Source: Lama glama (Eukaryota). Taken from it: a stretch of 64,000 nt of DNA. The stretch lies in the NCBI GenBank assembly GCA_028534125.1, contig CM052817.1:101682001-101746000 (forward strand). Direction: 5' to 3'. The stretch's first letter is position 1; every line of letters starts with the position of its first letter. The position numbers were made by a program, and so were the translations under genes. Below, piece by piece: positions 24,900 through 38,989 of this stretch. The notes beneath the pieces were generated by a model, which had not been told where the DNA came from, searched no databases, and saw only the letters and a program-made list of their open reading frames with translations.

Positions 24900-27460
24900 C
24901 AAATTCCCTTCCATGAGGTTGTTTCAGATACTTGTAACTCCATTTTATAATTCCATTTTCTCTCTTCTCTTAGTATATCTACTGCATCTCTTTTAAAAAT
25001 TGCCTCAGTGGTTGCCCTAGAGTTCGCAACACACATTTATGACAAATCCCAGTGCACTCTCAAATTACATTACACTGCTTCACTAGTCGTAAGGAAGCTT
25101 ATGACAGGGCAGTTCCAAGTCCTCCCTCTCATGTCTCATAACATTGCTGTCATTCATTTCCCTTATCCAGATACTAGGACACCCAATGCACTGTTACTGT
25201 TACTACACTGAGCCAAATAGTTATCATTAGATAAATTAAGAATAAGAAATACAATATTTTATTTTGCCTTCATTTATTCCTTTTCTGACACTCGTCCTTT
25301 CTTTATGTAGATCTGAGTTTCTGACTTATGTCATTTTTCCTTCTTGCTAAATAACTTTGAACAGTTTTTGCAGGTTATGTCTACTGACAATCATTTCCTT
25401 CATTTTCTGTTTGTCTGATAAAGTGTTTATTTCTCTTTCACTTTTAAAGGATAACTTCTCTGCATATAGAATTCTCGATTGGTGGGTTTATTTTTTGTTG
25501 TTGTTCAATACTCTAAATATTGTACTCTTTTTTTTTTGCATGTATGGTTTATGAAGAAAAATCTGATGTAATTCTTATTCTTGTTCCTTAATAGGCAGGG
25601 AATAAGGAACTTCTGGCTGCTTTTAAGATTTCCTTTTGCCTTTGGCTTTTTGCAGTGCGACCAAATGCCATGGTACGGATTTCTTCCTTTTTTTTTTTTT
25701 TAACATTTTTTATTGATTTATAATAATTTTACAATGTTGTGTGGATTTCTTGATATTCGTCCTGCTTCTTCTCTGAGTTTCTTAGGTTTGTGGTTTGGTG
25801 TCTGTCATTAAATTTTAAAAAGTCTTAGCCATTATTACTTCAAATGTTTCTTCAGCTTCATTACATTTCTTTCTTCTCCTTTCGGTATTCCAAAATGTGT
25901 ATGTGGCACCTTTTGGAATTATTCCACAGTTATCGGATATTCTGATTTTTTTTTCATTCCTTTTTTTCCCTCTGCATCTTAATTTGGGAAGTTTCCAGTG
26001 ACATTCTCCTCAAGCTCACTGATTCTTTCTTCAGCCTTGCCCAGTCTGTTGATGAGCCCATCAAAAGCATTCTTCATTTCTGTTACAGTTTTTCTCTCCC
26101 CTAGCATTGCTTTTGGTTTTGCCCTTGGAGTTTCCACCCCTTTGTTTACATTACCCATCTCTTCTTGCGTGTTGCCCACTCTTCCTTAGCATCTTAACCA
26201 CAGTTATTTTAAGTTCCTGGTTTTGATGTTTACTTTGTCTCTTCAGATTGTGTTTTTGATCTCCTTTTAGTACGTCTTGTAATTTTTGGTTGAAAGGAAG
26301 GCATAATGTTTTGCGTAATGAGAACTGAAGTTCTTCTTTGGGTAACAGAACTTTTACTGTGAGGTTTTGTGCTAACTTGGCCAAGAGTTGAGCTGTGTTT
26401 GATGTTTGCTATGTGTCAGAGGTCTCTCATTTCTATTAGTAGACTTGCTTGTGTCTCTGTTCTTGCCTTTAGGTTCCCCTAAAAGCTCATTCTTGTGTAG
26501 CCTGCCGCTCTTTCATCTGTAATCATCTGTTATACTGGAAACTTGATGATGTGGTGATAAGGTAGGGGGCAGTGTGAGTGTTCTATTATTTTGTGACTAA
26601 GTCTTGGTCTTCTTTTTTTTTTAAAATATAATAGATTTATTTTATGACATTGAAAATAGTTTTAAAAAATTTTTTTTGGGGGGGAGGTAATATGTTTATT
26701 TATTATTATTATTTTTGGATGGAGGTACTGGGGATTGAACCCAGGACCTTGTGCATGCTGAACACTGCACTCTACCACTGAGCTGTACCCTCCCCGCAAG
26801 TCTTGGTCTTTCAGTTCGATCTTTCCTTGTACTATGACCCTCCCAAGTGTTTCTGAACTTTTTGTTTTTCCCTTAGGTGAGACAGGAAGGCTAGAGGGGG
26901 CTGAAGGTGGGTAAGTTCCCTTTCTCCATGTTAGATGAAGCCTTGATAAAAGCTTTTCCCTTGCTGTGTAGGTCTTTGTTATGGCAAACACTTCAGATCT
27001 AGTTTAAAATGATAAACTCTTCCTCTAATCCTGTCAGAAACACAAGGGTTTTTCTTGGCTATTTACCATGAGAAGACCTGGTGGGATTCCTGGAGGTAAA
27101 GCCTACAGAAACATGTGGGGGCCCCTAAGACATTGGCCCCCAGGAGCTTCTCACTCTCATGCTAGTCTGAACTCCACTTCCAGCAGTTCTCCCAAATTTC
27201 TTCCAACTTCCCCATTAAATGCTTCCTGCAGTTTATGATTTTGGCAGCTTCTGCTCCCAATGAGCAGAGCTTGGTTATGACTCCCTGCATTCATCTGTGC
27301 TTCCAGACTTTGGGGATGGTGGTCTTTCCTGTGGCCTCAATTCTCTGAGAGGGCCAAGAAAAGTCACTGACGTTCAGTTTGCTAAGCTTTTTTCTCATAA
27401 TATGGGAGTGATGACTTTCAAGCTTTTAACATATCAGAGCTGAAACCAGAAGTCTTTTCT
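24900..27460 (-). mobile_element. Old L1M 5'/ORF1 region
   Basis: ORF 25979..26179 (EMKNAFDGLINRL..AEERISELE) is an L1 ORF1 coiled-coil signature. Confidence 0.8.
26612..26797 (-). mobile_element. Vic-1-like SINE inserted in an old L1
   Basis: tRNA-like head. Perfect 13-bp TSD aagtcttggtctt at 26599-26611 and 26798-26810. Confidence 0.9.
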
Positions 27461-28194
27461 ACCTTAAAAAAACTCATCATTTTAAAAATCAGGAAACTGA
27501 GGCTCACTGTAGTAAAATGAGCAGCTAGAGTCTTCTAATTCCTGAGCCAGTTCTCGTCTCTTCACCAGCCTGCCTCTTGTTCCTGTAAACCCATCTCACA
27601 AAAGCAGCCTGGGGAACACTCCCAGACAAAGCAGATGGCAGAGCAGGAGGGTGTGGCAAGGCGGGATAAACAGGTGTAATGCTCTGAGAAAACAGTACAT
27701 CAAAATCTCCTAATGGAGAGTGTAGATTAATGGGGGGCACATTCACTTTAGCTTTACAGAAGCATTCAGAAAGGGATTCTTTTATTGGCAAACTGCTTTA
27801 ACAGCGTATGATTAAATTTGCACACATGTTTTACACAAACAATAACTCTTGAATGCATTCAGAATCAACGAATGGTACTGAGCGCTCACTGTGTATCTAG
27901 AAATTCTCACAGGGCAATGTTGCGAATGACAAGAAGTCTGGGGTAGGTTTCTATCTGCTGTGCTTGCGTTTTGCAGGTAAGGAAGCCACGGTTCAGAGAT
28001 ACTGAAGGAGCGTATCCCTGATATGAGAGAAAATAACTAGTGAGGTTGGATTCTCGCCTCTTCTTTGCAATTAACTAGTTATATGACTTTGATCAAGTTA
28101 TTTAATCTCTCTGAACTATATTTCACAAAGGAAATAAAAAATAATTACCTCCCAGGGTAACTTAGATAATGTACCAAAATCACTTATCATGAGT

Positions 28195-28350
28195 GTAATA
28201 ATATATAATAGTCATTTATATATCAATTCATATATAGTATTTCATATTAAATATATTATTATAGTAATATAATAACATTATTATGGAGTAACTATTATTA
28301 TAGTAATTATAATTAATATGTTATATATAATAATATATTATTAATATATT
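28195..28350. repeat. AT-rich low-complexity tract
   Basis: Nearly all A/T, with TA/TAA repeats. Confidence 0.85.
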
Positions 28351-30232
28351 GGTGGAAGTTACAATATCAAATCATGGAAATAAACTTCACTATGTGGCCC
28401 TTTGTAGAAAAAAGCCAAGAACTTCATGAACCTTATAAACATGTTCAAAACTCTCTGTGGCTCTGGTAGGACCTACATAATCTTAAATGCCAAGAGAAAC
28501 AAGTTAAAATTTAGGTTCCCTTTGGATGATAAGGCTATTTAGGTCAGCGTTTGTGGAAACATATCCATCAATTCTACCCCAAGACATTAAACTGAGTAGT
28601 GTGCTAGGTCCAAGATTTTGGATACAGTTCATGCCGAGCACAGTAAAAAAAAAAAAACTGGAAACCAGTTCTGGAATCAACTACTATTGTTCTGGGAACC
28701 ATTTCCAGCTGCAGTGGTTGCGTACGTCAACACGAGTTCCTGAAATGGCTATGTTCTGGTGATGGCTCTGGCAGTGAACCCCCAGGCAGAGCTGCAGAGC
28801 ATGGAGCAAAGTCAAGGCAGCATGTGGGATCACGCACATGCTGGACCTCACCTTGAGCCAAAGACTGTCATCAGAGCCACGCAGGGGAAAGGGGCTGCTT
28901 CACCTGTTCCTTTGGGACAATGCAGTCATAGATGGACTGATGGGACAAAGAAGTAGAAAAAATCCTAGAGGCCAAACTGTGTCTATGAACTAACCCAGAA
29001 GAGTTCCAGTGGGGAGCCATGAGACCCAAATCTATCCTTGACCACTGCGGGCGTCTTCAGGCTCCTAGCTTTGTCAAAGTGCCAGTCTGGGTCACCCTAA
29101 GAGAGGCCACGATCACAGTCACCTGGTCACCTCCAGGGTATCCTTAGGCCCACAGAGCCCCTCTGGGTAACCATAAAATAACGCAGCTGTGTGACAGTAG
29201 GACACAGTGAGAAGTAGGGAGACAGGAAACCTAGATGGTGGGCGTGGAGCACAGTCAAAAGCAACGCGCCTGGAGCACTCCGGGCAGTGCAGCTTGTGCA
29301 GTGAGCAACGGGAAACGACGGGCAGACCACTCCAGCTAACCAACAGTTGTAGTCTGAGCCATCAAGAATCAGACCCTCCAATGGCAAGAAGTCCTTCCAG
29401 GGGCCGCTGACCCGTGGGTAGGTGTACCCGTGTCTAGGTAGAGCCAGTGTTAACTCATTGACAGGTAGTGACATTTTCAAAGAGTGACATGGGAGCAACT
29501 TCTTCAAATACAAGACAGGGACAGATTCTTTTTGACATAAAGCACCTCAAAGCATCATCAAATAACAATGGTGGAGGAATGGTGAGACACATTGCAAGTC
29601 AGTTGGCTCACGTGGTGTTTCCTTTCAAGGGAACTTTTCCTTCTATGCAAAATCAGCACCTGTGTCATCAAGGAAACTGAACTTAAAAAATCTAATCCAG
29701 AAGCAATAATTAATAATTATAAAGGAAGGAAGGACTAGGGCTCTGAACCCTTTCCTGAAGAATCCAAGTTTCTTCTTAAGGACTCTAGGACTTCTATGTT
29801 AGGTATTTCCATTTTGAAGATAAAGAAACCATATATTTAAGGGGCTGTTCTTTGATATGAGAGAGAATAACTAATGAGGTTTGATTCCACTATCTTTCAT
29901 TAAAGAGCATTTGTCCAAGTATAATGTAGAGGGCGTTCGTTTTAATTGACAAGAAATGACATGACAGCAAACGGATGCATTTGCTTGAAAAACAAACAGA
30001 AAAAACCCCCCACAAGATTCCCCTGTAGAGAATGCAAAAGAATTCCTTTAGATCCATGCTATGTAGGATAAATAAATGATGGATAAAAATAGTGGTCTAA
30101 GCCAACACATTCTATGTCACAGGCAAGTCTTGTACAATGACCAATCCAAGACCCAGAACCATGTAGAGTGTTAATTGAGGATTGTTTTCCTTTGCAACGT
30201 TTGTTTCTGTATTTAGTCTATACTCAAGTCGA

Positions 30233-30415
30233 AACCATTGGTTCTCAAAATGCAGTCCCAGGACCAGTAACATCAGTACCGTCTGGGAACTGGTTAGATG
30301 TGCAAATCACTTGGTCTCCATTGAATCAGAAACTCTAGAGATGGGACCTGGGGATCTGATTTAATGAGCCCCTCCGGGTGATTCTGAGGCACCGTGAGAC
30401 GTGAGAACCACTGCT
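30233..30415. mobile_element. MER5A-like hAT MITE
   Basis: TIRs ca(t/g)tggttctca ... tgagaaccactg and an internal gaatcagaaactct. Confidence 0.8.
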
Positions 30416-30733
30416 CTAAACGTTGCAATGCCATGGTCTCAGGCCCGATGAGCCCAGGGTATGACTCCGAGGCCGTGAGATGGGCAGGTTCCAGTGGGCA
30501 TGCTCAAGTAGGATTGGTGACAACAGGGTCCTGATCTGTGTGGCTGAGGTCAGCACAATGTCTGCATTAACACGCTCCCTGGGTATGGAAACCGTCTATG
30601 CCAAGACAGTTCATTGCTAATGAAGCAAAATTAGACAGCCTCAGTCCTTCAGTTCTGCTGTTCCTAATCCTCCTTGCCCTGGGCCAGTGGCAGAAGAAGT
30701 TCATACACAAAAGGAAAGTTGGTTTACTTAAAC

Positions 30734-31211
<478 letters not shown>

Positions 31212-32124
31212 TCAGTTCTCGCACATTCAGCCAAAAAAGGAAAATAGGCTGGACTCATGAAAAGCAGTTGTGGATTTCAAATGTCAGGTTTTTAAAGTTT
31301 TGAATGTAAAGCTCTCCTAAGTCCTTCTTAGTTCCTCCCTTTTCCCCAGGCTTGGAGACGGGTCAGCCTGAGTTTATCAGCAAAACCAACTCTGCTTAGC
31401 CCTTAGCTTTCCCATGTACTTTTGGCCTCAGCCTTGTCCTTTCAAGGTAAGGCAACTCACTAATGGGCCCTGGGAAGACCTGGGTTGCAGTCCCCAATCT
31501 GCTACTTCATCGCCTTGGGAAAGTCACTTTTCCTCTCGGAGCCTCCGTGTTCACCTTTGCAAATTTAAAACAATGATCCCTCTGTGACTTGCAGGGTTGT
31601 TCCAAAACTGTAAAGCACGTATATTATTTTATTTGGACCCATACGAGGAATAATAATTACTATTATGTTGATTCATAGGAAAGTGTCATTTTTGAAAGTC
31701 AAAGAAATCCAGTAAAATATTGGTAATTTCAAATAATTTCTAATATTCTCAAGTAAAAGGGTATCTTGCAAATGAGACCTATGGAGAGAATATTATCCAC
31801 AGGGCTCCAGAGAACTCCTGAATTATGTACATCGTTTTCATTATAAGGAGAAAGTCTTGAGGAGTAGGTTTTATTTTAGGCATAAACATTCAGAGGATGG
31901 TTAAATGCTTCAGTGTTTAGTTGGGCTCTTAATTTTATACAATGGTAGAGAAAACCACTGAAATAGTGTGTTATCCTGTTTAACTTCCTCCAGCAGAAGT
32001 GGACTCCAAGAAAGCCTAGAGCCATGGTTCTTGACCTGGACTGTAAGTTGGAAATCACTGGGGAGATTTTAAAAATCACAGTGCCCAAGCTGTACCCTAG
32101 ATCAATTTAGTGACCATTGCTGAG

Positions 32125-32512
32125 TGTTTTAGGCTGAATTGGATCCCCTCAAAATTCATATGTAGAAGTTCTAACCCTCAGGACCTCAGAATGTGACTGT
32201 CTCTGGGGAAAGGGCCTCTAAAGAGGTAATTAAGGTAAATGAGGTCATTAGGATGGGTCCTAATCCAATATGGTTGGTGTCCTTACAAGGAGAGGTGATG
32301 AGGACACAGACTTACACAGAGGGAAGGCCGTGGGGAGACACAGAGAGAAGGCGGTCATCTGCAAGCCAAGGAGGGAGGCTTCAGAAGAAACCAAAGCCAG
32401 CCAACACCTTGCCCTTGGACTTCCAACCTCCAGAACTGTGAGAAAATAGAAATTCTGTTGTTCCAGCCCCCAGTCTGTGGTACTTTGCTGTGGCCACCTG
32501 AGCAAACTGACA
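32125..32512 (+). mobile_element. MaLR solo LTR (MLT1-like) inserted in a MER5-like element
   Basis: TG...CA ends; aaattcatatgt, gaggtaattaag and ggacttccaacctccagaactgtgag motifs. Confidence 0.85.
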
Positions 32513-33906
32513 GAGATTTCTAGGATTGGATCTAGGCATCAGTAATTTTTAAAGGTTCTCTGTGTGATTTTAAGGGGCAGTCAAGATTGGGATCCACTGG
32601 CCTAGAGGGAGAGAGAGTGGTCCAGGATCCAGATGAGGGAAAATGGGGGAACAATTATGAATCTGGCCGATCGATTACTTTATAAATATTGGTTAACGTG
32701 ATCTTTCACCCCAAGTGGGGCAACGTCAGTCACAAAATCTCTTAAAGCTTCTACTTATGACTAGTCACAATATGCATTAGTTAGAGTACCAGCCAGAAAG
32801 CTCTCCAGGGTCATACTCTGTGACCTTTTAAAGACTCTGGTTGGGTGCCTGGATTGGATCTCTGCCTTTACCAGCGTTTCTACAGAGCTGCCTCAGTCAA
32901 GGGCCCCATCCAAATCCCAGGGGTGCCCCCTGCTGGAGAATGTGCAGAAATGAGCCCACAGAGCCTAGTAAAGATTCCTGCTTCTGAGTTCAGCTTCTCT
33001 GAGAGGGCATTGTAGGATGTTAGCGCTGGGAGGGGCCGCAGATATACTAAAACCCCTTCATTTATCACGTGAAGAAGCTGAAGTCCATGTCGGGTGATCA
33101 AACTGAGTACAACAGCATGGCTACTGGTCTCCACGTTGGAAGCTGAGCTTAGAAGCCAAGAATGATTTCTAGAGGCTCTTTAAAAAAATATATTCACTCT
33201 TCTGAAGAAATGGGAAGTGAAGAAAAATAAGAAGTGCGAGCACTTCGTTATAGTTTTATAGCCCCCCAGTCAGAAATTACTATTTCATATTCTATGTAAT
33301 GAACAAACTTCAACAGAGGCCACATGTAGAGAGAAGAGTGAATTTGTCATCAGACTAAGACAGGACTTGCACAGATATCAGACAGAACACACTCCAGGAC
33401 ATTTCATCTCTTTTGTGTACATACAGTGAAGGTGCATCTCAGATGGTTAACGTATGTGGAAGTACTTTCGAAACTATAAAGTAGTGGACAAATGTAAGAA
33501 ATATTTCCTATTTTGATTAGGAATGCATTCACTAGCGGTGACCATAATACAAAAAAGGAGGGCCATTTCATTTTTGTTTCATGGCCCCACAGTAGGTACC
33601 ATAACACAGGAGAAACAGCCTATAAAGAAAACTAGGTGTGTCTTGTGCCAAAAAGGACAAGGACATGTAAGGACACATACTGAAGGACAGACATCTTTGT
33701 GGGACAGCGTGTAGCCCACTGTAGAAAACAGAAGAAACCCTTGTGGTTTTGGTCTATAAGATTGTTGTGCACACGTGCCCGTACTAACTCACCTTCTACC
33801 CCAGGAAATTTATAAATAAAATGAGAGCTTCATTTAATTTCTCAAACAGTGGAGATGGAGATTCATTTTTAGTATACCAGCTGTAAAAGAAATACAAATC
33901 ACTTAC

Positions 33907-33947
33907 TTCCACTCATCATCAGCAGAAAGCTTCTTTGTGTGAGAGAT
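33907..33947 (-). CDS. RNF175: RNF175 coding exon 2 (ISHTKKLSADDEW-N)
   Basis: Acceptor tttttcag, 41-nt exon, donor gtaagt. Ends in AA, which joins the T of exon 3 to give Asn. Similar to recalled human LSHTKLSAEDTWN. Too short for the ORF track; read manually. Confidence 0.88.
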
Positions 33948-35720
33948 CTGAAAAACATAAAAAAAAAAAGTCCTTCTCAAAACTTTCTCATTTTCTTAGC
34001 TTGCATTTTAGAACATGACCTGGGAAACTGAAACCATGATAAATAGTGATGTTTCTTAGTACTGGAATAATTGAGGGTGGGAACTCTAATAGAATATTTG
34101 CTTATGAAACTAAAAAACATGCGCACAGGTACACATCCAAAACAAAACAATAAGCAGGTCAACGTCAATAAAGATCAATAAAGATTTGATTCTGCTTTCT
34201 AGGTCAGAGAACCAGATGAGGCCCGTTCTGTGGTTTTGTCTGGCAATTCAGTCGAGGTTGTAGAGAGTGGCAGTGTCACCCTGGCTGCTGGTATATGATG
34301 TGTGAATTGGAGAACACCTAAAAATCCCTCCATTTTGCTGGTGAACTGAATGATGCCAATGAGTAAATGCCATCTCCAAATTTAAGGTTTTTGAGACAAG
34401 CTTTCCAGTTACTTGTTTGGAGCATTTTCATGTCCTCCTGCTAATTTACCTTAACTTAAACCTTGACTCCTGGGAAGTAGGGGTAACCTGGCCTTGCCCT
34501 GCAGACTGAGCTGGAGACCACAGAGACCATCCCCCGGCGATGCTTCTGGCCGACCTACACGGTGTACCCACATGCTGTCTTCCATTGGTCACTGCTAATC
34601 CACTCCATTTGGTCATTTGAAGCCTTTAAGGCCAATCACTGGAAAGACATCATTGTGTAACTTTCATGGAGGACACAACTTTATCCCAAGTCCGGTAGCA
34701 TTAAAAGCTAAAATCCCCAATGATGGCAAAGAAGACAAGGCAAATAAAACATTTGTTACATAAACCTGACATTAACCAGGTTTTTCTTCCCCACTTTGTT
34801 TTCCTTAAGCGGCAGAAGTAATTCTGACAGACGGAAAGAAACAACGCCACTCATCATTCGGTCTAGGATTTCTCCTGTACTCCGGTTCCACAATAACGTC
34901 TGTGCCTTGGTCGGAGGCTGAAGGGGTTCCCTTGCAAGAGAGGTGAAAACACCGGATGACACAGCCAAGCAGAGGCTTAGGCAGTGTCTGTCCAAAGCTA
35001 GGACTTGCTGGTTGATGTTGGGAGAGAGGAAGTGGGTGAGGCTGTAGGTGATGCTGGCAGCATCTGCACGTCTCTCTGCCTATTGGCTGATCCCACCAGG
35101 TGGTCCCTGATATCCAAATGGAGGTCACAGCACTTGGGGTCCAAGGCCGCCTTCCAGCTGCAAGACCTCAGTGGCAGCCCCCAGGGAATAGCAGTGCTTG
35201 AGCCCCCTCCTTTGTCTGATAGGTCCCACTCTGCTGAGGGAGACATCTGCTTTGAGGGAGAAAACATTGGATGGGTTTGGAGCCCTGAACCATGCAGCCA
35301 CCAAGCACCACTCAGCATCAAACACCAAGCTGACTCAGAAGACACTGGATTGACGTTGGGCACATCACTAACCTGGGTTTGTCTCCATTTCCTTCTTAGA
35401 AACTGGAGATTGATATAAAAACTGTTCTTGTCTGCTTCACTGGAGTATTGTGAGTATAAATAAGACATAGGATGAGAATTTTATAGGAAGGTGCTTCATC
35501 CAAGGGCCAATTATCTCAATAAACATTATAACCAAGAAACTCCCTGGGTCCTTCTCTTTTTGCTGTTCAAGGTCTTTGGGTTCATGGTGCCTCTTGTTCA
35601 AATCAGCTTAAAACAGGGAACTGGGTTTTAGTTAAATTGAGAAGACAAATTCCCTTTGACTTTTACAAGCAATATAGCCCTGGGCATAAACGTGTAACTA
35701 TCCACCAGATTCCAAGTCTC

Positions 35721-35991
35721 TTTGTTTTTAATTGAGGTATAGTTGAGTCACCATATTCTATTAGTTTCAGGTATACAGCACAGTGATTCAGTATTTTTTA
35801 CAGATTATACTCCATTAAAAGTTAATACAAAATAATGGCTATAATTCCCGGTGTGATATAGTATATCCTTGTTGCTTATCCATTTTGTAGTAGTTTGTTT
35901 CTCTTAATCCCACACCCTTAGTTTGTCCCGCCCCTTTCCTTTCCACTTTGGTAACCACTAGTTTGTTTTCTATATCTGTGAGTCTGTTTCT
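35721..35991 (-). mobile_element. L1 3' end
   Basis: L1 3' UTR signature directly abutting the SINE at 36004. Confidence 0.85.
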
Positions 35992-36003
35992 CAAGTCATT
36001 TTT

Positions 36004-36124
36004 GGGGGGAAGAGGGGGTGGTAATGAGGTTCTTATTTATTTCAATGGAGGTACTGAGGATTGAACTCAGGACCTCGTGCATGCTAAACACAGGCTCTAC
36101 CACTGAACTGTGCCCTCCCCTTCC
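36004..36124 (-). mobile_element. Vic-1-like SINE
   Basis: tRNA-like head. 12-bp TSD caagtcattttt at 35992-36003 and 36125-36136. Confidence 0.9.
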
Positions 36125-36439
36125 CAAGTCATTTTTAATGAAGTATAATAAATTATTCTACTGCTGACCAGGGAAGCTTCAAGAGTGGAAATTGTAGCTG
36201 GAAAGATTTCTGCTAAATGCAATTAAGAACTTCCTTAGATCAAGGGGTATTGAAACAATATTCTTATTTCCTGGGGAAAAAGCAAACACTGACAATGATG
36301 GTGATGGTGATGATGACATTCTTAGAGACAACTCTTTTTTAGCTAGTAACAGTTCCCCGTAGGACACTATTTTCTTCTAGGGCAGAACCTACTTTTTGAC
36401 AATTTTTTTTTTCTGTTATGTCATTATGTACGCCCTTCG

Positions 36440-37062
36440 ATGCTCTTAAGAGCATTTATTCCGGAAATTGAAATGACATTAAAATTCATCTGAAGGATTA
36501 GCATGAGGATAGCCAGGAAAATTCAGAAAAAGAGTGAAGACCCGGGGCTTGGCCTCTCAGGCACTGAAATTCACAATACAGACACAGAAATTAACTAAAA
36601 GCCTTACTGGCCCAGGAACAGGAAGACAGATGAGTGAACAGAACAGAAAGTTCAGCAACAGGCCCCATTGTATATGATAAGCGGGTCACTTCAAATCACT
36701 GAGGAAAAAAATGGTTTGTTCCATTGAAACCATTAGCTAGTCATTTGGGAAAAATATAACGCTGGATACATACCCGGCTTCAAAATAAATTCCAGAAGGA
36801 TCAAATATTTAAACGTAAAAAAGAAAATCTTAAAAGCACTAGAAGTAAATATGAGTAAATATTTTAATAATCCTGCAGTGGAGAAGGCATTTCTAAGTAT
36901 GACTTGGAGCCCAGAAACTATAAAGTAAAAAAAAAAAAAAAAAAAAAAAAACGGTAGATTTTGAGGACATAAAAATCAAATTACGTTGTCATCACCTATA
37001 TTTCAAAGACAAATTAAACTGAAGAAAATACAACATATGTGAGGGCAAGAAGTTAGTAACCT
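36440..37062 (+). mobile_element. Old L1 ORF2 remnant (L1ME-like)
   Basis: Degenerate ORF2 motifs (aaattcatctgaag, aaaataaattccaga, ggagaaggcatttctaag). Confidence 0.65.
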
Positions 37063-37583
37063 TGTTGCCAGAGAATAGGTTCTTCTCTTCGCGCAGGAAA
37101 AAATTCAAGTGCGAGGTTATAGCAAAGTGAAGGCAGATTTATTCAGGGAGATACACATTTGACAGACAGAGTGCTGGCCACCTCAAAGGCAAGAGGGAGA
37201 GAGGCCATGAGGTGCAGGGGTGTTTAGTTTAAAGTAAAAGTAGATACACACTCCATAGGCAGGTTGTCAGCTGTCTCAGAAGGCAAGAGAGAGTGGGTTG
37301 TCAGTTTTTACGGGCTCATTAATTTCATATGATAACAAGAGGGAGGATTATTTCAACAGTGTTGGGGAAGGGGCGGGGATTTCCAGGAATTGGTCCCTGC
37401 CTATGTTTGCCCTTTTGTGGTCAGCCGAGGCACTGTCATGGTGGCTGTGGGCGGTGCGCCATGAGGCTCAAGGTCTCCTGGAAGTCGAATCTTCCGCCAT
37501 CTTGGTTCTAACCAGTCTGTCCTGTCCTCAATCATTGTGTCATTCCTTCAGTGGTTGTGCCCTGTCCCTTCCCTCCTGCCTCT
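37063..37583 (-). mobile_element. ERV1-class solo LTR
   Basis: Starts tgttg and ends cctgcctc; contains gccatcttggttcta. Interrupts the L1. Confidence 0.65.
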
Positions 37584-38048
37584 TGAATAGGAAAAAAAGC
37601 ACTTATAATTTAATCCAAAAGAGACACACATTTCCATTTAGTCCTTTCTATCTCTTAGGAAAATTTTTTGAAAGTTTGGTAACTGAGTAGAAATTGATGG
37701 AAGAGGGCTGGTGTAGGGCTGGCACGTTCAGGTGGATTGGGGTAAAAAGAGAGGAAATAAAGAAGAGCTTGGGCCCTGGGAAATCAGAGATAGAGGTGTT
37801 AATTTGCACTCCACCACCACACCCCAAAGCTGGTGTCCAGGCAGACTGGGTTCCCTTCCTAACTGCACCGCCTCTCTCCCTGCCACTGCAGTGGGGTAGT
37901 TTGGAAGCAGCTACAAACTGCCTGGAAACCCTGAGTCTGAAAAGTGAGGAGGTGAGTGTGGAGGGGCTAGAGAGGGTGATGGGAGGGTGGCTTCCAACCG
38001 TGGATCTTTGGGGCATTTGACGGGACCAGGCTTCATCCCTGGTTTAGG

Positions 38049-38502
38049 TGCTGGAGAGGGTTGAATGGTGCCCCTCCCAACCAACCGCTCCCCAAAAGAT
38101 ATGTCCAGTGCTTACCCTCAGGTACCCGTGACTGTGATCTTATTTCAAAATAGGGTCTTTGTAGATGTCATCAAGTTAAAGATCTTGGGATGGGCTCATC
38201 CAAGGTTCAGGGGAGGCCCTAAATCAAAAGGCTGGTGACTTTATAAAAGAAAGTCAGAGGAAGATTTGACACCCAAAGACACACAGAGGAGGAGGCCATG
38301 TGAATTCAGAGGCAGAGACTGGAGATACACAGCTCCAAGCTAGAGACACCTGGAGTCACCCAGAGCTGGAAGAGGCAAGGAAGGATTTGCCTGCAGAGCC
38401 TTTGGGGGGCTCATGGCCCTGCCGAAACGTAGATTTTGGATGTCTGGCCTCCAGAACTGTGAAGGAATAGATTTCTATTATGGCAGCTCTGGGAGGCATA
38501 CA
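38049..38502 (+). mobile_element. MaLR solo LTR (MLT1-like)
   Basis: aaaagatatgtcc, agggtctttgtagatg, ggaagaggcaaggaagga and ctggcctccagaactgtga motifs. Confidence 0.8.
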
Positions 38503-38989
38503 GGCACATCCAGCCGCAGCAGGTCCTCGCTCCACTCAGGTGTGTAAACAGTGGTGCAGGTGGGGAGAGTGTGGTTCCTACAAACTGTGGGTCAAGCAGG
38601 CTGCCCAGGTCATGGGTGGACTGCAGGCAGGGTTGTCGGAGCAGCGTGGTTTATAATCTTTAGACGTGTGGCAGGTGGGCCTTTATTGGTACCCGGGGCC
38701 TGTTAGAGGCAGGCCTGCCACTTGGCTGGGGATGCTGGCCGCCAGGCAGCACACAGAAATCATCCAGGCCAAGAGAAAAGACTTGCAGACGTGGACCGTC
38801 ACCATTCTCCCCATGAAAAGGCCCCGCTGGGTCACCCTCCAGTGCAGCCTGCCTGTCAGCAGACTCTCCTGCTTACAAGAGCTTCCAAATAGTATTTTAG
38901 TGTCTCCACTCAAACACAAGCAGATGGCCAAAGGTCACCAGGTGCTGGCGACAGGAGAGGGTCGGTTCTGTGTCCACGATGACAAGGAC

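Noticed and set aside
28328..28343. 16-bp perfect palindrome TAATAATATATTATTA
   Set aside because: Expected by chance within an AT-only low-complexity tract.
34770..35000. Plus-strand acceptor-like tract (ttttccttaag) suggesting an antisense exon
   Set aside because: No convincing donor or partner exon; unsupported without transcript data.
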